Shown: positions 46,855 to 55,386 of the stretch, in pieces | How the letters are laid out: each line of letters begins with the position of its first letter | How positions within the stretch are numbered: position 1 is the first letter of the stretch | NCBI GenBank assembly: GCA_038121105.1 | Contig: JAYONB010000008.1 | Location: forward strand, 15,823 to 79,822 | Origin: Alphaproteobacteria bacterium | GTDB lineage: Bacteria; Pseudomonadota; Alphaproteobacteria; SHVP01 | Direction: 5' to 3' | Length of the DNA stretch: 64,000 bases | Position numbers and translations under genes: made by a program | The notes under the pieces: model-generated | Databases searched by the model: none | Told to the model about the DNA's origin: nothing | The model's input: only the letters and a program-made list of their open reading frames with translations

Positions 46855-48327
46855 GTGTCTTTGCACTATGACGTCATCGTGATCGGTGCCGGCACTGCCG
46901 GCATCCCCACCGCCGGATTCGCCGCGCGACGCGGGGCTCGCGTTTTGTTGGTCGATGCCGCGGACCGGATTGGGGGCACGTTGCACCTCTCCGGCGGCAA
47001 CATGAGCGCCGGTGGCACACGCATCCAAGAAGCCAAGGGCATCGCGGATTCACCGCAGCAGCACTACGACGACATCATGCGGATCAGCTGCAATACGGCG
47101 GATCCGGTAATGGTACGGGCGGCCGTGGACAACGCGCCGGACACGATCCACTGGCTACTCGACATTGGCTTCGAAATGTTGCCGGAGATGCCGGTCATCA
47201 ACCATGGCCACGAAGCCTATTTGGTAGCGCGCACCTATTGGGGACCCGAACTTGGACTTTCCGTTCTGAAGGCGCTCGAGCCTTGGTTGCGGGAATCGAT
47301 CGACGCCGGCCGCGTTGAGCTTCGGTTGAACACCAAGCTAACCGGCTTGCGCCAGGACGACACCGGCAATGTTCTTGGGGTGGTGCTGCGCGGCGAAGAC
47401 GGCGTAAGTCGGATTGTCATGGGCGACAATGTTGTCCTGACCACCGGCGGCTATACTGCCGACCCCGATCTCTACCCGATGTTGAACGGCGGCCATCCCC
47501 TCTATTCGCTCGGTGACGAGTTCAGCCGGGGCGAGGGTATCGTCGCGGGTCTCGGCGCTGGTGGGTACATGCGCGGCGCAGACCTGATGCTGCCGACATT
47601 CGGGGGGGTGGAGGACCCTATGCGGCCCGGATTCTACCTTGGCGGCATCGTCAATCTCACACCGCAATATCGTCAGCCTTGGGAGATCTTCGTCAATCGT
47701 GAGGGGCAGCGTTTTATTTGTGAGGACGCAGACTCGGTTGACGCGCGTGAGCGCGCGCTCCTTGAGCAAACCGACTTGCGGTTCTGGGTCATCTTCGACC
47801 AGAGGATCAAGGACGAGGCCCCGGGCCTCCTGACGGAATGGCCAGAGAACCCCTACGAGGGCGTTCCGCCCGCGGGACACACGATCTATGACACGGCATT
47901 CGATGCCCACCCTGACTTCACACGGGCCGAATCGCTGGAAGAACTGGCCATCAAGACCGGGATCGACGGTGCGGCGCTTGGGGCAACGGTCGCAGCGTTC
48001 AATAAAGGCGTCGCTGAGCGCGCCGACCCGCTCGGGCGTCAACACCATCCGCTCCCGATTGCGACACCACCGTTTTACGCGATCCGCAACCACGGCACCG
48101 CGGTGAAGACCTACGGCGGTCTCGCCGTCGATCCGTCGCTCCGGGTGCTTCGTCGCAACGACGTCCCGATCGGCAATCTCTATGCGGCGGGTGAGGTCGT
48201 GGGCGGCGGGCTCCTCACCGGCAACTCGTTCTGCGGTGGGATGAGCGTGACGCCCGCCCTCACTTTTGGGCGAATGCTCGGCGATCGCATCCTGCGTTGG
48301 CGCCGCAATGAGGCCGCGGCGGAATAG
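46855..48327 (+). CDS. FAD-dependent oxidoreductase (fumarate reductase/ketosteroid dehydrogenase flavoprotein-like)
   Basis: YDVIVIGAGTAG dinucleotide fold and C-terminal ...LYAAGEVVGG.... I chose GTG 46855, which lies 5 nt after SD GGGGGAG. The track ATG at 46831 lies only 6 nt after the tRNA. Confidence 0.75.
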   Translation: MSLHYDVIVIGAGTAGIPTAGFAARRGARVLLVDAADRIGGTLHLSGGNMSAGGTRIQEAKGIADSPQQHYDDIMRISCNTADPVMVRAAVDNAPDTIHWLLDIGFEMLPEMPVINHGHEAYLVARTYWGPELGLSVLKALEPWLRESIDAGRVELRLNTKLTGLRQDDTGNVLGVVLRGEDGVSRIVMGDNVVLTTGGYTADPDLYPMLNGGHPLYSLGDEFSRGEGIVAGLGAGGYMRGADLMLPTFGGVEDPMRPGFYLGGIVNLTPQYRQPWEIFVNREGQRFICEDADSVDARERALLEQTDLRFWVIFDQRIKDEAPGLLTEWPENPYEGVPPAGHTIYDTAFDAHPDFTRAESLEELAIKTGIDGAALGATVAAFNKGVAERADPLGRQHHPLPIATPPFYAIRNHGTAVKTYGGLAVDPSLRVLRRNDVPIGNLYAAGEVVGGGLLTGNSFCGGMSVTPALTFGRMLGDRILRWRRNEAAAE

Positions 48328-48388
48328 CTGCTGGCGGCATCTCGAACGGGGGACTCTTCCACGAGCGCGACACGACTTACGCGCGGGA

Positions 48389-51300
48389 CTAGGCGGCTTT
48401 TCGGCCTTCCTGTTCGAGTTCCGCCTTTAGCTCGGTAAGACGTGCGCGATACGCCGTCACGGCCGCCTCTTTGACGTGGCCAAACCCGCGCACTTCGTCT
48501 GGTAGGTTGGCGATCGCGGTTGCCGTGGCGTGGTTCGTCGCCGAGAGCCGAGCGCAAAGATCGCGCACCAACGCCTCGTATTCGTCGATCAGCGCGCGTT
48601 CCATGCGGCGCTCGGCGGTGCGCCCGAACGGGTCGAACGGCGTGCCGCGCAAAAACTTCAGTTTGGCCAAAAGGCCGAACACGCCATACATCCACGGACC
48701 GAAGGACCGCTTGGTCGGCTTGCCGCGATCCAAGATCGGGGGCGCCAAGTGGAAGTGAAGCCGGGTCTTTCCGGTAAAGCCGGTAGCGATAGCGTCTTGG
48801 AACTCGCGTCTGCGGTGGAGGCGGGCAACCTCGTACTCGTCTTTATAGGCCATGAGTTTGAAAGCGTTACGCGCAACTGCGGTCGCGAACGCTTCACTGT
48901 CCGGAATCAGGGCTGTTTCCGCGGTGCGCGCCGTGGCCACCAGTTCTTTGTAGCGCGTCGCATAGGCGGCGTTCTGATAGTTGGTCAGGATACCGGCGCG
49001 ATGCTCGACGATCTCCTCGAGGCCCTTGGGTATTTTCCCCGCAGGCTGGACGCGCCGACCGGCGGTCTCCGACACCCCCTCGGGGTCGACGGCGTAGCGG
49101 CGCCCCCAGGCGAAGGCCAGCAGATTGTTGGCGATCGAAACGCCGTTGAGGTGGATCGCGTCCTCGATCGCCCCGCGCGAGAGGGGGACCAGACTGCGTT
49201 GCCAGGCCAAGCCCAACAGGAACATGTTGGTGGCAACGGTGTCGCCGCAGAGCGATTTCGCGAGGCTCGTCGCATCCAGAAAGGCTTCTGTCGTATCGCG
49301 TATCCGGTCGCGCAGCGCGTCTTCCATGGCCGTGTCGTCGAAAACAAGATTGCGGTTCTGCGCGAACCCACCCGGCATGGTGCGATGCACGTTGATGATC
49401 GCGCGGGTCTCCTTGCCGACCCACGCCAAGGCGTTCGGCATGGTCGACACGATCAGGTCGCCCCCGATCAAGGCATCCGCAGCTCGTGAAGGCACGCGCA
49501 GGCCTAGCGTTTGCGGCTCTTGCGAGAAAACAAGGTGCGACATAACCGGACCGCCTTTTTGCGCCATCCCGGTGACGTCGTTGACCGACACATGTTTGCC
49601 CTCAAGGTGCGCGGCCATCCCCAGGAGGGCTGCCACCGTGACCACGCCGGTGCCGCCGATGCCGGTGATGAGGAGCCCATAGGGATCGTCGCTTGTCGGT
49701 ACCTCGGGTTCCGGCAGCTTGTCTTCAGGCAGCGCCTCGGCGGCGGTCGGTTGTTTTATCCGCGTGCCGCCCTCGACGGTGACGAAGCTCGGGCAAAATC
49801 CTTTTAGGCAAGAATAGTCCTTGTTGCAGGAATCAAGGTCGATCGAACGTTTCTCGCCCAGCGCCGTGTCGATCGGCACGATCGCAGAACAGTTCGAGAC
49901 CAATCCGCAATCGCCGCAGCCCTCGCACACCTGCTCGTTGATCACCACGAAGCGTGCGGGATCGGGGAACGCGTTGCGTTTACGCCGTCGTCGTTTCTCC
50001 GCCGCGCAGGTCTGGTCGTAAATCAGTGCGGTGACGCCAGGAATGTCGCGCAATTCGCGCTGCACGGGGTCGATATCGTCGCGATGGTGGACCCTAGCCC
50101 CGCCGGCAAGGCCGGGACGTCCGTCGTACTTTTCCGGCTCGTCGCTCACCACGGCGATGCGCGCGACACCGTCAGCCGCAAGTTGTTGCGTGATTTGCGG
50201 CACCGTGAGCTGTCCCTCGACAGGCTGGCCGCCAGTCATCGCAATGGCATCGTTAAACAAGATCTTGAACGTCACGTTCACCCCGGCCGCGATGGCCGCG
50301 CGAATGCCGAGCGAGCCGGAATGGTTGTAGGTGCCGTCGCCCATGTTCTGAAAAACATGGTTCATGTCGGCGAACCTGGATTGTCCGATCCACGAACCGC
50401 CTTCGCCCCCCATGTGGGTAAACGTCCGCACGTCGCGGTCCATGTAAGCAGCAAGCGTGTGACACCCGATGCCGCCGATCGCCAAGCTGTCCTCAGGCAC
50501 AACGGTCGAGGTGTTGTGCGGACATCCCGCACAGAAATAGGGCGTGCGCATCATGACCGGTGCGAGGACGTTGGCCTGGCGTTCTTTCTCGAGGGCTTCG
50601 ATCTGCCCTGCCAGCCTATCCGCCGCATCGAACGGTGCCAGTTCGCGCGCCAAACCGTTTGCTATGTCGAGATCGTTCAACTCATGCGAATCGGGAAACA
50701 GAGGGCGTCCGGCACCGTCGGATTTGCCGACGACGTCGGGGCGCGTCGCGGCGCCGTAAAGCAGCTGCCGCACTTGATCCTCGACAAGGCCGCGCTTTTC
50801 TTCGATGACGATGATCTTTTCCAGACCACGGGCAAACTCGGTCAGCCCGGTGGGCTCAAGGGGCCACACGAACCCGACCTTCCGCACCCGGACGCCAAGG
50901 CCACGAAGGGCCTCGCCGTTTAGGTCGAGCCGCGCCAGCGCCTGGGTCAGGTCTGCGGTTGCCTTGCCGGCCACGAGAATACCCACTCGCGCATCCGCAC
51001 ACTCGTGCAGCGTCACGTCGATCGGATTGGCCGCCGCAAAGGCTCGCGCTGCGGGGAGCCGGAAGTGTTTGACCCGTTCTTCCTGCAAACGCGCGTCATC
51101 CGGCCAACGCAGATGGAGCCCCCCTGCGGGGATGGCGACATCCGGGTGCACGTAGTCCATCGATCCCGGCAGATTCACCGTCGCGGAGCTTTCCGCGAGC
51201 GTGCCGGCCAGCTTCAACGCTACCCACGATCCGCTGAATCGCGACAGTGCTATTCCGAAGAGGCCGAAGGTCAGAATCTCTTCGACCGTCGCGGGCGCCA

Positions 51301-51814
51301 GCACCGGCATCATCAGGTCGACAAAGGTGTATTCGCTCTGCACCCCGAATGCCGAAGACTTGCCGACGTGATCGTCTCCCGCCACCAGGACGACCCCGCC
51401 GTGGGGCGAGCTACCGGCTGTATGGCCGTGGCGGATGGCATCCCCCGCGCGATCGAGGCCGGGCCCCTTGCCGTACCAAAGCGAAAAAACACCGTCGTAG
51501 TTTTGGCTGGGGAACAGCTTGAGTTGCTGGGTGCCCCATATCGCCGTGGCGGCGGTTTCTTCGTTGATGGCAGGCTCGAAGTGGATGTCTCGGTCTTTGA
51601 GGATCGGCTCCGCCCGCCACACCTCTCGGTCGTAACCGCCGACGGGCGACCCGCGATATCCCGAGATAAATCCCGCCGTCCGCAATCCGGATTGGATGTC
51701 CCGAGCCCGCTGGTCGAGCGGGAGCCGCACCAACGCCTGCATTGCGGACAGGTAAACCCGTCCGGCGGTTTGTTGGTACTTGTCGTCGAGCGTCGCCGCG
51801 ATCAAACGATCCAT
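48389..51814 (-). CDS. indolepyruvate/2-oxoacid:ferredoxin oxidoreductase, fused alpha-beta type
   Basis: 1141 aa with an N-terminal TPP/pyrimidine-binding region, 4Fe-4S-like CEGCGDCG, and a C-terminal gamma-like domain GIGGTGVVT. Confidence 0.85.
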   Translation of the reverse strand: MDRLIAATLDDKYQQTAGRVYLSAMQALVRLPLDQRARDIQSGLRTAGFISGYRGSPVGGYDREVWRAEPILKDRDIHFEPAINEETAATAIWGTQQLKLFPSQNYDGVFSLWYGKGPGLDRAGDAIRHGHTAGSSPHGGVVLVAGDDHVGKSSAFGVQSEYTFVDLMMPVLAPATVEEILTFGLFGIALSRFSGSWVALKLAGTLAESSATVNLPGSMDYVHPDVAIPAGGLHLRWPDDARLQEERVKHFRLPAARAFAAANPIDVTLHECADARVGILVAGKATADLTQALARLDLNGEALRGLGVRVRKVGFVWPLEPTGLTEFARGLEKIIVIEEKRGLVEDQVRQLLYGAATRPDVVGKSDGAGRPLFPDSHELNDLDIANGLARELAPFDAADRLAGQIEALEKERQANVLAPVMMRTPYFCAGCPHNTSTVVPEDSLAIGGIGCHTLAAYMDRDVRTFTHMGGEGGSWIGQSRFADMNHVFQNMGDGTYNHSGSLGIRAAIAAGVNVTFKILFNDAIAMTGGQPVEGQLTVPQITQQLAADGVARIAVVSDEPEKYDGRPGLAGGARVHHRDDIDPVQRELRDIPGVTALIYDQTCAAEKRRRRKRNAFPDPARFVVINEQVCEGCGDCGLVSNCSAIVPIDTALGEKRSIDLDSCNKDYSCLKGFCPSFVTVEGGTRIKQPTAAEALPEDKLPEPEVPTSDDPYGLLITGIGGTGVVTVAALLGMAAHLEGKHVSVNDVTGMAQKGGPVMSHLVFSQEPQTLGLRVPSRAADALIGGDLIVSTMPNALAWVGKETRAIINVHRTMPGGFAQNRNLVFDDTAMEDALRDRIRDTTEAFLDATSLAKSLCGDTVATNMFLLGLAWQRSLVPLSRGAIEDAIHLNGVSIANNLLAFAWGRRYAVDPEGVSETAGRRVQPAGKIPKGLEEIVEHRAGILTNYQNAAYATRYKELVATARTAETALIPDSEAFATAVARNAFKLMAYKDEYEVARLHRRREFQDAIATGFTGKTRLHFHLAPPILDRGKPTKRSFGPWMYGVFGLLAKLKFLRGTPFDPFGRTAERRMERALIDEYEALVRDLCARLSATNHATATAIANLPDEVRGFGHVKEAAVTAYRARLTELKAELEQEGRKAA

Positions 51815-52076
51815 CGGCGAATTCTGGCATTTTACGCCGCCGTGGCGAAGCCGATCATCCGGAAGTAAAGGCGAAGATGATTTAGGTGGCGGAATGCAAT
51901 GATTGGCGCGCCCGGGGCAGGGTGAAGCGGATTGCGCTAAAATAATCAGCGCAAACAGAAGCTTAAGCGGTTAAGTTTGGGCGTCCCGCCGACGACTCAG
52001 AGACAGGCAAGTGCCGTGCGACGCGATAGGGGAATCGCCTGAGCCGCTGGCGGAACGTAAACCCTTAGACCAAACG

Positions 52077-52667
52077 CTAGCTTACAAACGCAGACGGCAC
52101 GGGGTTCTCGCCCAGCGCGCTGCGCAAAACCGCCCAATGCATGGCCTCGGCGCCAAGAATGCTGGCCGCGGCAGCTTTGAGATCACCGTTCTGGAAGGCA
52201 GAGACGGCTTGAACGTAGGCGCTGACAGCGCCTTGCTCGAGGTCGGCGGCGAAGGCCAGCACATCGGCCTGCGTTTTGATATCGGCCACCGGAAAGTTGT
52301 AGTCCGATTTGGCGGGCGCCGGGGCGCCGCCGAGTTGCCGGATCGTGTCGGCGAGGACTTTAGCGTGTTCGCTATGGTCGCGTTGAAAAGCCAGTGCTAC
52401 CTGGGCGACGGCCGGCTGGAGCAACCCGCTGTCGGCACCGAGCTGGTAGGCAGCGATGGCTTCCTGTTCGGCCCCCAGGGCGCCGTTCAGAATATCGATA
52501 TCGCTGGCGCCGGCATCGTTGCTGCTGGCGGCCATCGTGCCGCACCCTGCCAGAAGCGCTACAGCCGTCGCCGACAACGTGACAGCCCCGGTTTTGCCGA
52601 AAAAGCCGCGACGGGAGAGCGTCGTTTGTTCCGGTAAGATGATCTGGGATTCCGTTTTTGCGTTCAT
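52077..52667 (-). CDS. exported ferritin-like (di-metal four-helix-bundle) protein, probable Tat lipoprotein
   Basis: Twin-arginine SRRGFF, lipobox LLAGC, and ExxH-type pairs (RDHSEH, GAEAMH). I trimmed the start to MNAKTE. Confidence 0.6.
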   Translation of the reverse strand: MNAKTESQIILPEQTTLSRRGFFGKTGAVTLSATAVALLAGCGTMAASSNDAGASDIDILNGALGAEQEAIAAYQLGADSGLLQPAVAQVALAFQRDHSEHAKVLADTIRQLGGAPAPAKSDYNFPVADIKTQADVLAFAADLEQGAVSAYVQAVSAFQNGDLKAAAASILGAEAMHWAVLRSALGENPVPSAFVS

Positions 52668-52730
52668 GTCTTGGCCCTCCGCTATAGCGTTCTTCTGTGA
52701 GTTACCCGGTCGAATGAGGCCCGGATGCAC

Positions 52731-53432
52731 CTATTTTTTTGCGGGGCCGACCAAACCGCCGACGAATACCACCGGGCCGGTTGGCGCCCCGGTCGGGGAG
52801 CCGCCCTCAGGTTCGACGCTGACGGCAAATCCGGTGCCCTGCGAGAAAGACGCTGGCAGCGTGAGGCGTTTGGGCGCGTCCACGGAAGCGACACCCAGCG
52901 AAACCGGCGCCAAGTCGGCGCCACGCAGCAACCAAAGCTCGTAAGACCGTCCCGCCGGCGGTGCCGCCGCGCCTACGGCGGTGACGTCGGCCATCCCGTC
53001 GGCCGCAATTTGGACCAGCCAAGCCGAACCGTCGGTTTCATTTTGCAGCGTTGCAACTTGGACCGGCCGGAAGCCCGTATCGACATTCGGCAGGAGCGTC
53101 AGCACGAACAAGATGGCGGCGAGACCCGATGCCAAGGCCGTGAAGCCGCGCCAAACCGGGACGCTATGCCAAAATCCGCGCCGAACTACCGACTTTGTCG
53201 CATCTGGGCCGATTTCAGCCACGATGGCCGCCCAGATGTGATCCGGGGGTGAGAGGTCTGGCAACGCTTCGCCTAATGTGCCCAAGCGGTGTTCCCACAA
53301 AGAAACTTCCTGCCACAACAGGGGCTCATCCTCGACAAGGCGTTCGAATCGCGCCCGTGCCGGGCCGCGGAGCGTCCCCAGGACGTACTCCCCGGCGAGT
53401 TGGCTGCGTTCTTCGGAACTAAGCGTCTTCAC
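52731..53432 (-). CDS. anti-sigma factor, RskA-like (single-pass membrane)
   Basis: N-terminal ...LAGEYVLGTL.G..R..FE.L zinc-free anti-sigma domain, TM segment FTALASGLAAILFVLTLL, periplasmic C-domain. The GTG start overlaps the sigma gene by 14 nt. Confidence 0.75.
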   Translation of the reverse strand: MKTLSSEERSQLAGEYVLGTLRGPARARFERLVEDEPLLWQEVSLWEHRLGTLGEALPDLSPPDHIWAAIVAEIGPDATKSVVRRGFWHSVPVWRGFTALASGLAAILFVLTLLPNVDTGFRPVQVATLQNETDGSAWLVQIAADGMADVTAVGAAAPPAGRSYELWLLRGADLAPVSLGVASVDAPKRLTLPASFSQGTGFAVSVEPEGGSPTGAPTGPVVFVGGLVGPAKK

Positions 53433-53976
53433 GGTCCAAACAACCTCTCAGGCGCAGCAAGCCGCGACGGACCCAACTCTTCACCGTCCCGATAGGACGG
53501 TTTAGGTGGTCCGCGACCTCTCGCTGCGTAAGCCCCTGATAGTAAATCAACAAAATCGACTTCTTTTGCTCTTCTTCAAGTTCGCCCAGGCAGGCGGCGA
53601 GCTGTCGCGCATCGCTCGATCGCATCGCCGTTTCGATGGGCGTGGGGTCCCCGCTGGGGAGGTGAAGCATTTCGGTTTCATTGCCTGCGAATTCGTCCTT
53701 CGGCCGGCGCATCAGCTTGGAAAGCGCGGCGTTGCGCGAGATCGTAACGATCCAGCTCATGCCGCTGCCTTTGTTTGAGTCGTAGCGGTGCGCTGATCGC
53801 CATATCCGTGTGTAGGCCTCCTGAAGGGCTTCTTCTGCCCAGTCGTTACGCCTCAGAATACTCATTGAGAGCGCAAATAGTTTCGAGGAGGTCTGGCGAT
53901 AGAGCGTGGCGAAAGCGTCTCGGTCGCCGCGCGCGGCGGCTTCGAGCAGGGGGCCGATTGGATCGTCAGTCACCAT
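53419..53976 (-). CDS. ECF-type RNA polymerase sigma factor
   Basis: Region 2 (...DWAEEALQEAYTRIW...) and region 4 (LTQREVADHLNRPIGTVKSWVRRGL); 185 aa. Confidence 0.85.
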   Translation of the reverse strand: MVTDDPIGPLLEAAARGDRDAFATLYRQTSSKLFALSMSILRRNDWAEEALQEAYTRIWRSAHRYDSNKGSGMSWIVTISRNAALSKLMRRPKDEFAGNETEMLHLPSGDPTPIETAMRSSDARQLAACLGELEEEQKKSILLIYYQGLTQREVADHLNRPIGTVKSWVRRGLLRLRGCLDREDA

Positions 53977-54110
53977 ATTGGGCGTCGGGCGTGGTCCAGT
54001 ACCGCTGCGGGAGGGTCGACGCTCGGGCGGCGCGTTCTCCGGGCGCCCCGCGAACGGAACATAGGGTCAACGAACACGGGCCGCAAGCAAGCCCGTCGAA
54101 CGGAAATCCG

Positions 54111-54143
54111 GAAAAACGGGCACTCCTTGCGGGGTGCCCGTTT
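54111..54143 (-). terminator. intrinsic terminator of the 56617-54164 operon
   Basis: The minus strand reads AAACGGGCAC-CCCGCAAGGA-GTGCCCGTTT followed by TT(CC). This is a 10-bp stem plus a T-run, 21 nt after the isochorismatase-family stop. Confidence 0.55.
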
Positions 54144-54163
54144 CAGGAAGATCCGCCGACCTC

Positions 54164-54787
54164 CTACATGGCGCGTTGCGCTTCGGCGGCAGGGAGGTCG
54201 TGGTAGCTCGTGAAGCCCCGCGATGCATCGCCAATCACATCCGACGTTTCTACTAGGTTCGCGTAGAACGAAATGATGTGCGTTGCATGCATGTGAGCGG
54301 TCTTTTCTTCGGCATTGGGCGTTGCTCGCGCCAACGATGCGTCGGTCACGAATGACAACTCATGGCCCCGATGATAGCCCTCGACGATCGTCGAGAGGCA
54401 ACACATCGGCGAGCTGTATCCGATGAGATAGACCTGTTCGGGCCGTGAGGTTTTCATGAATTTCTCGAACCCCGGGTTGCTGTAGCAAGAGAAATTGCCC
54501 TTGGTGAACAAATACTCGTGCGGCAACGGCTCGAACCCCTTTACGAATTGCGTCGCGGAGTGGGATTGACCGAAAACGCTCCCTGGCTGTTCGTGCCTTA
54601 CATGGGCCACGGTCCAGTTCTGATCCCGCGCGTGGGAGAGAATCCGGCGGCAATTTTCCAGACTTTCGTCGATCCCTTCCATGAAGTAGGGCCGGCCCGG
54701 TGTGGTGTATTCCCGTTGGATTTCGATGGCGATAAGAAGCGGCGTTTCGCCCGTTTCGTATCCGGCGTTCATGTCGAAGGGTCTCAT
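54164..54787 (-). CDS. isochorismatase/nicotinamidase-family cysteine hydrolase
   Basis: LLIAIEIQ (position of the catalytic Asp block), FTKGNFSCY (Lys) and GYSSPMCCLSTI (Cys). The ATG at 54787 follows SD GGAGG and overlaps the upstream stop (ATGA). Confidence 0.8.
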   Translation of the reverse strand: MRPFDMNAGYETGETPLLIAIEIQREYTTPGRPYFMEGIDESLENCRRILSHARDQNWTVAHVRHEQPGSVFGQSHSATQFVKGFEPLPHEYLFTKGNFSCYSNPGFEKFMKTSRPEQVYLIGYSSPMCCLSTIVEGYHRGHELSFVTDASLARATPNAEEKTAHMHATHIISFYANLVETSDVIGDASRGFTSYHDLPAAEAQRAM

Positions 54788-55386
54788 ACGCTGCCTCCAA
54801 TCGGGTTTGTCGGCGCTCGGTCGCGCGAGAAATCGAGCACACCCGGTTGTTCCCATTTGCCCTCCGGGCGAACGAGCAGCATGGGGTCATCCGACATCGA
54901 GATCGCACCTTCGAGGCGCTCGAAGTCGCCCACGATGGTTACGTATTCATGGTCGGAGAAGTGGAAGAGGTCGCCACTCGGCGCAAAACCAAACCGCGCC
55001 CACAGCTTGACCAAACGCTTTTGCGCATGGGCATGCAATTTGGTGTAACCCTTCTGGCGGCATAGTTGGATCGCGTAGTTCGCGACCGCATTGATGATGC
55101 TCATGCGGCGGTACTCTTTTCGCACCGCGAAGCGTTCGAGCTTGGCAAAGTCGCCGAAGTAGCGAATTCGCATGCAAGCGACGGGCTCTTCTCCTTCGGA
55201 GGCGACCACGTGGGTTGCCGAGAAGTCGTTGCCGTCGAATTCTTCGGCATAAGGGCAATTTTGATCGGCCATGAATACGGCGGATCGAATAGCGAAAGCC
55301 TGCATCATTTCTTCGATTGACCCAGCGACTTTCACCGAGACGTCGTTACGTCGATTGTTAGGCACGTACGAGGATGCCGTTGTCAT
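54784..55386 (-). CDS. GNAT-family N-acetyltransferase with about 60-aa C-terminal extension
   Basis: ...AFAIRSAVFMADQ..., LERFAVRKEYRRMSI (acetyl-CoA-binding region), ...LWARFGF. I chose the ATG at 55386, which follows AAGGAAG; it overlaps the upstream gene by 29 nt, so the start is uncertain (alternative GTG 55335). Confidence 0.65.
   Translation of the reverse strand: MTTASSYVPNNRRNDVSVKVAGSIEEMMQAFAIRSAVFMADQNCPYAEEFDGNDFSATHVVASEGEEPVACMRIRYFGDFAKLERFAVRKEYRRMSIINAVANYAIQLCRQKGYTKLHAHAQKRLVKLWARFGFAPSGDLFHFSDHEYVTIVGDFERLEGAISMSDDPMLLVRPEGKWEQPGVLDFSRDRAPTNPIGGSV

Noticed and set aside
51815-52076. A 262-bp non-coding gap with a 7-bp stem (TTGCGCT-N9-AGCGCAA, around 51934-51956), considered as a possible small RNA or terminator.
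   Set aside because: The stem is short with a large loop and has no flanking T-run on either strand. I recognise no RNA family. It is most likely just the promoter region of the oxidoreductase gene.
53977-54110. Search for an autoregulated ECF promoter (AAC-N16/17-CGT) upstream of the sigma gene. On the minus strand, GAGAAC...CGTCGA is present.
   Set aside because: The spacing is only about 12 nt, not 16-17, and no other candidate fits. I therefore made no promoter call.
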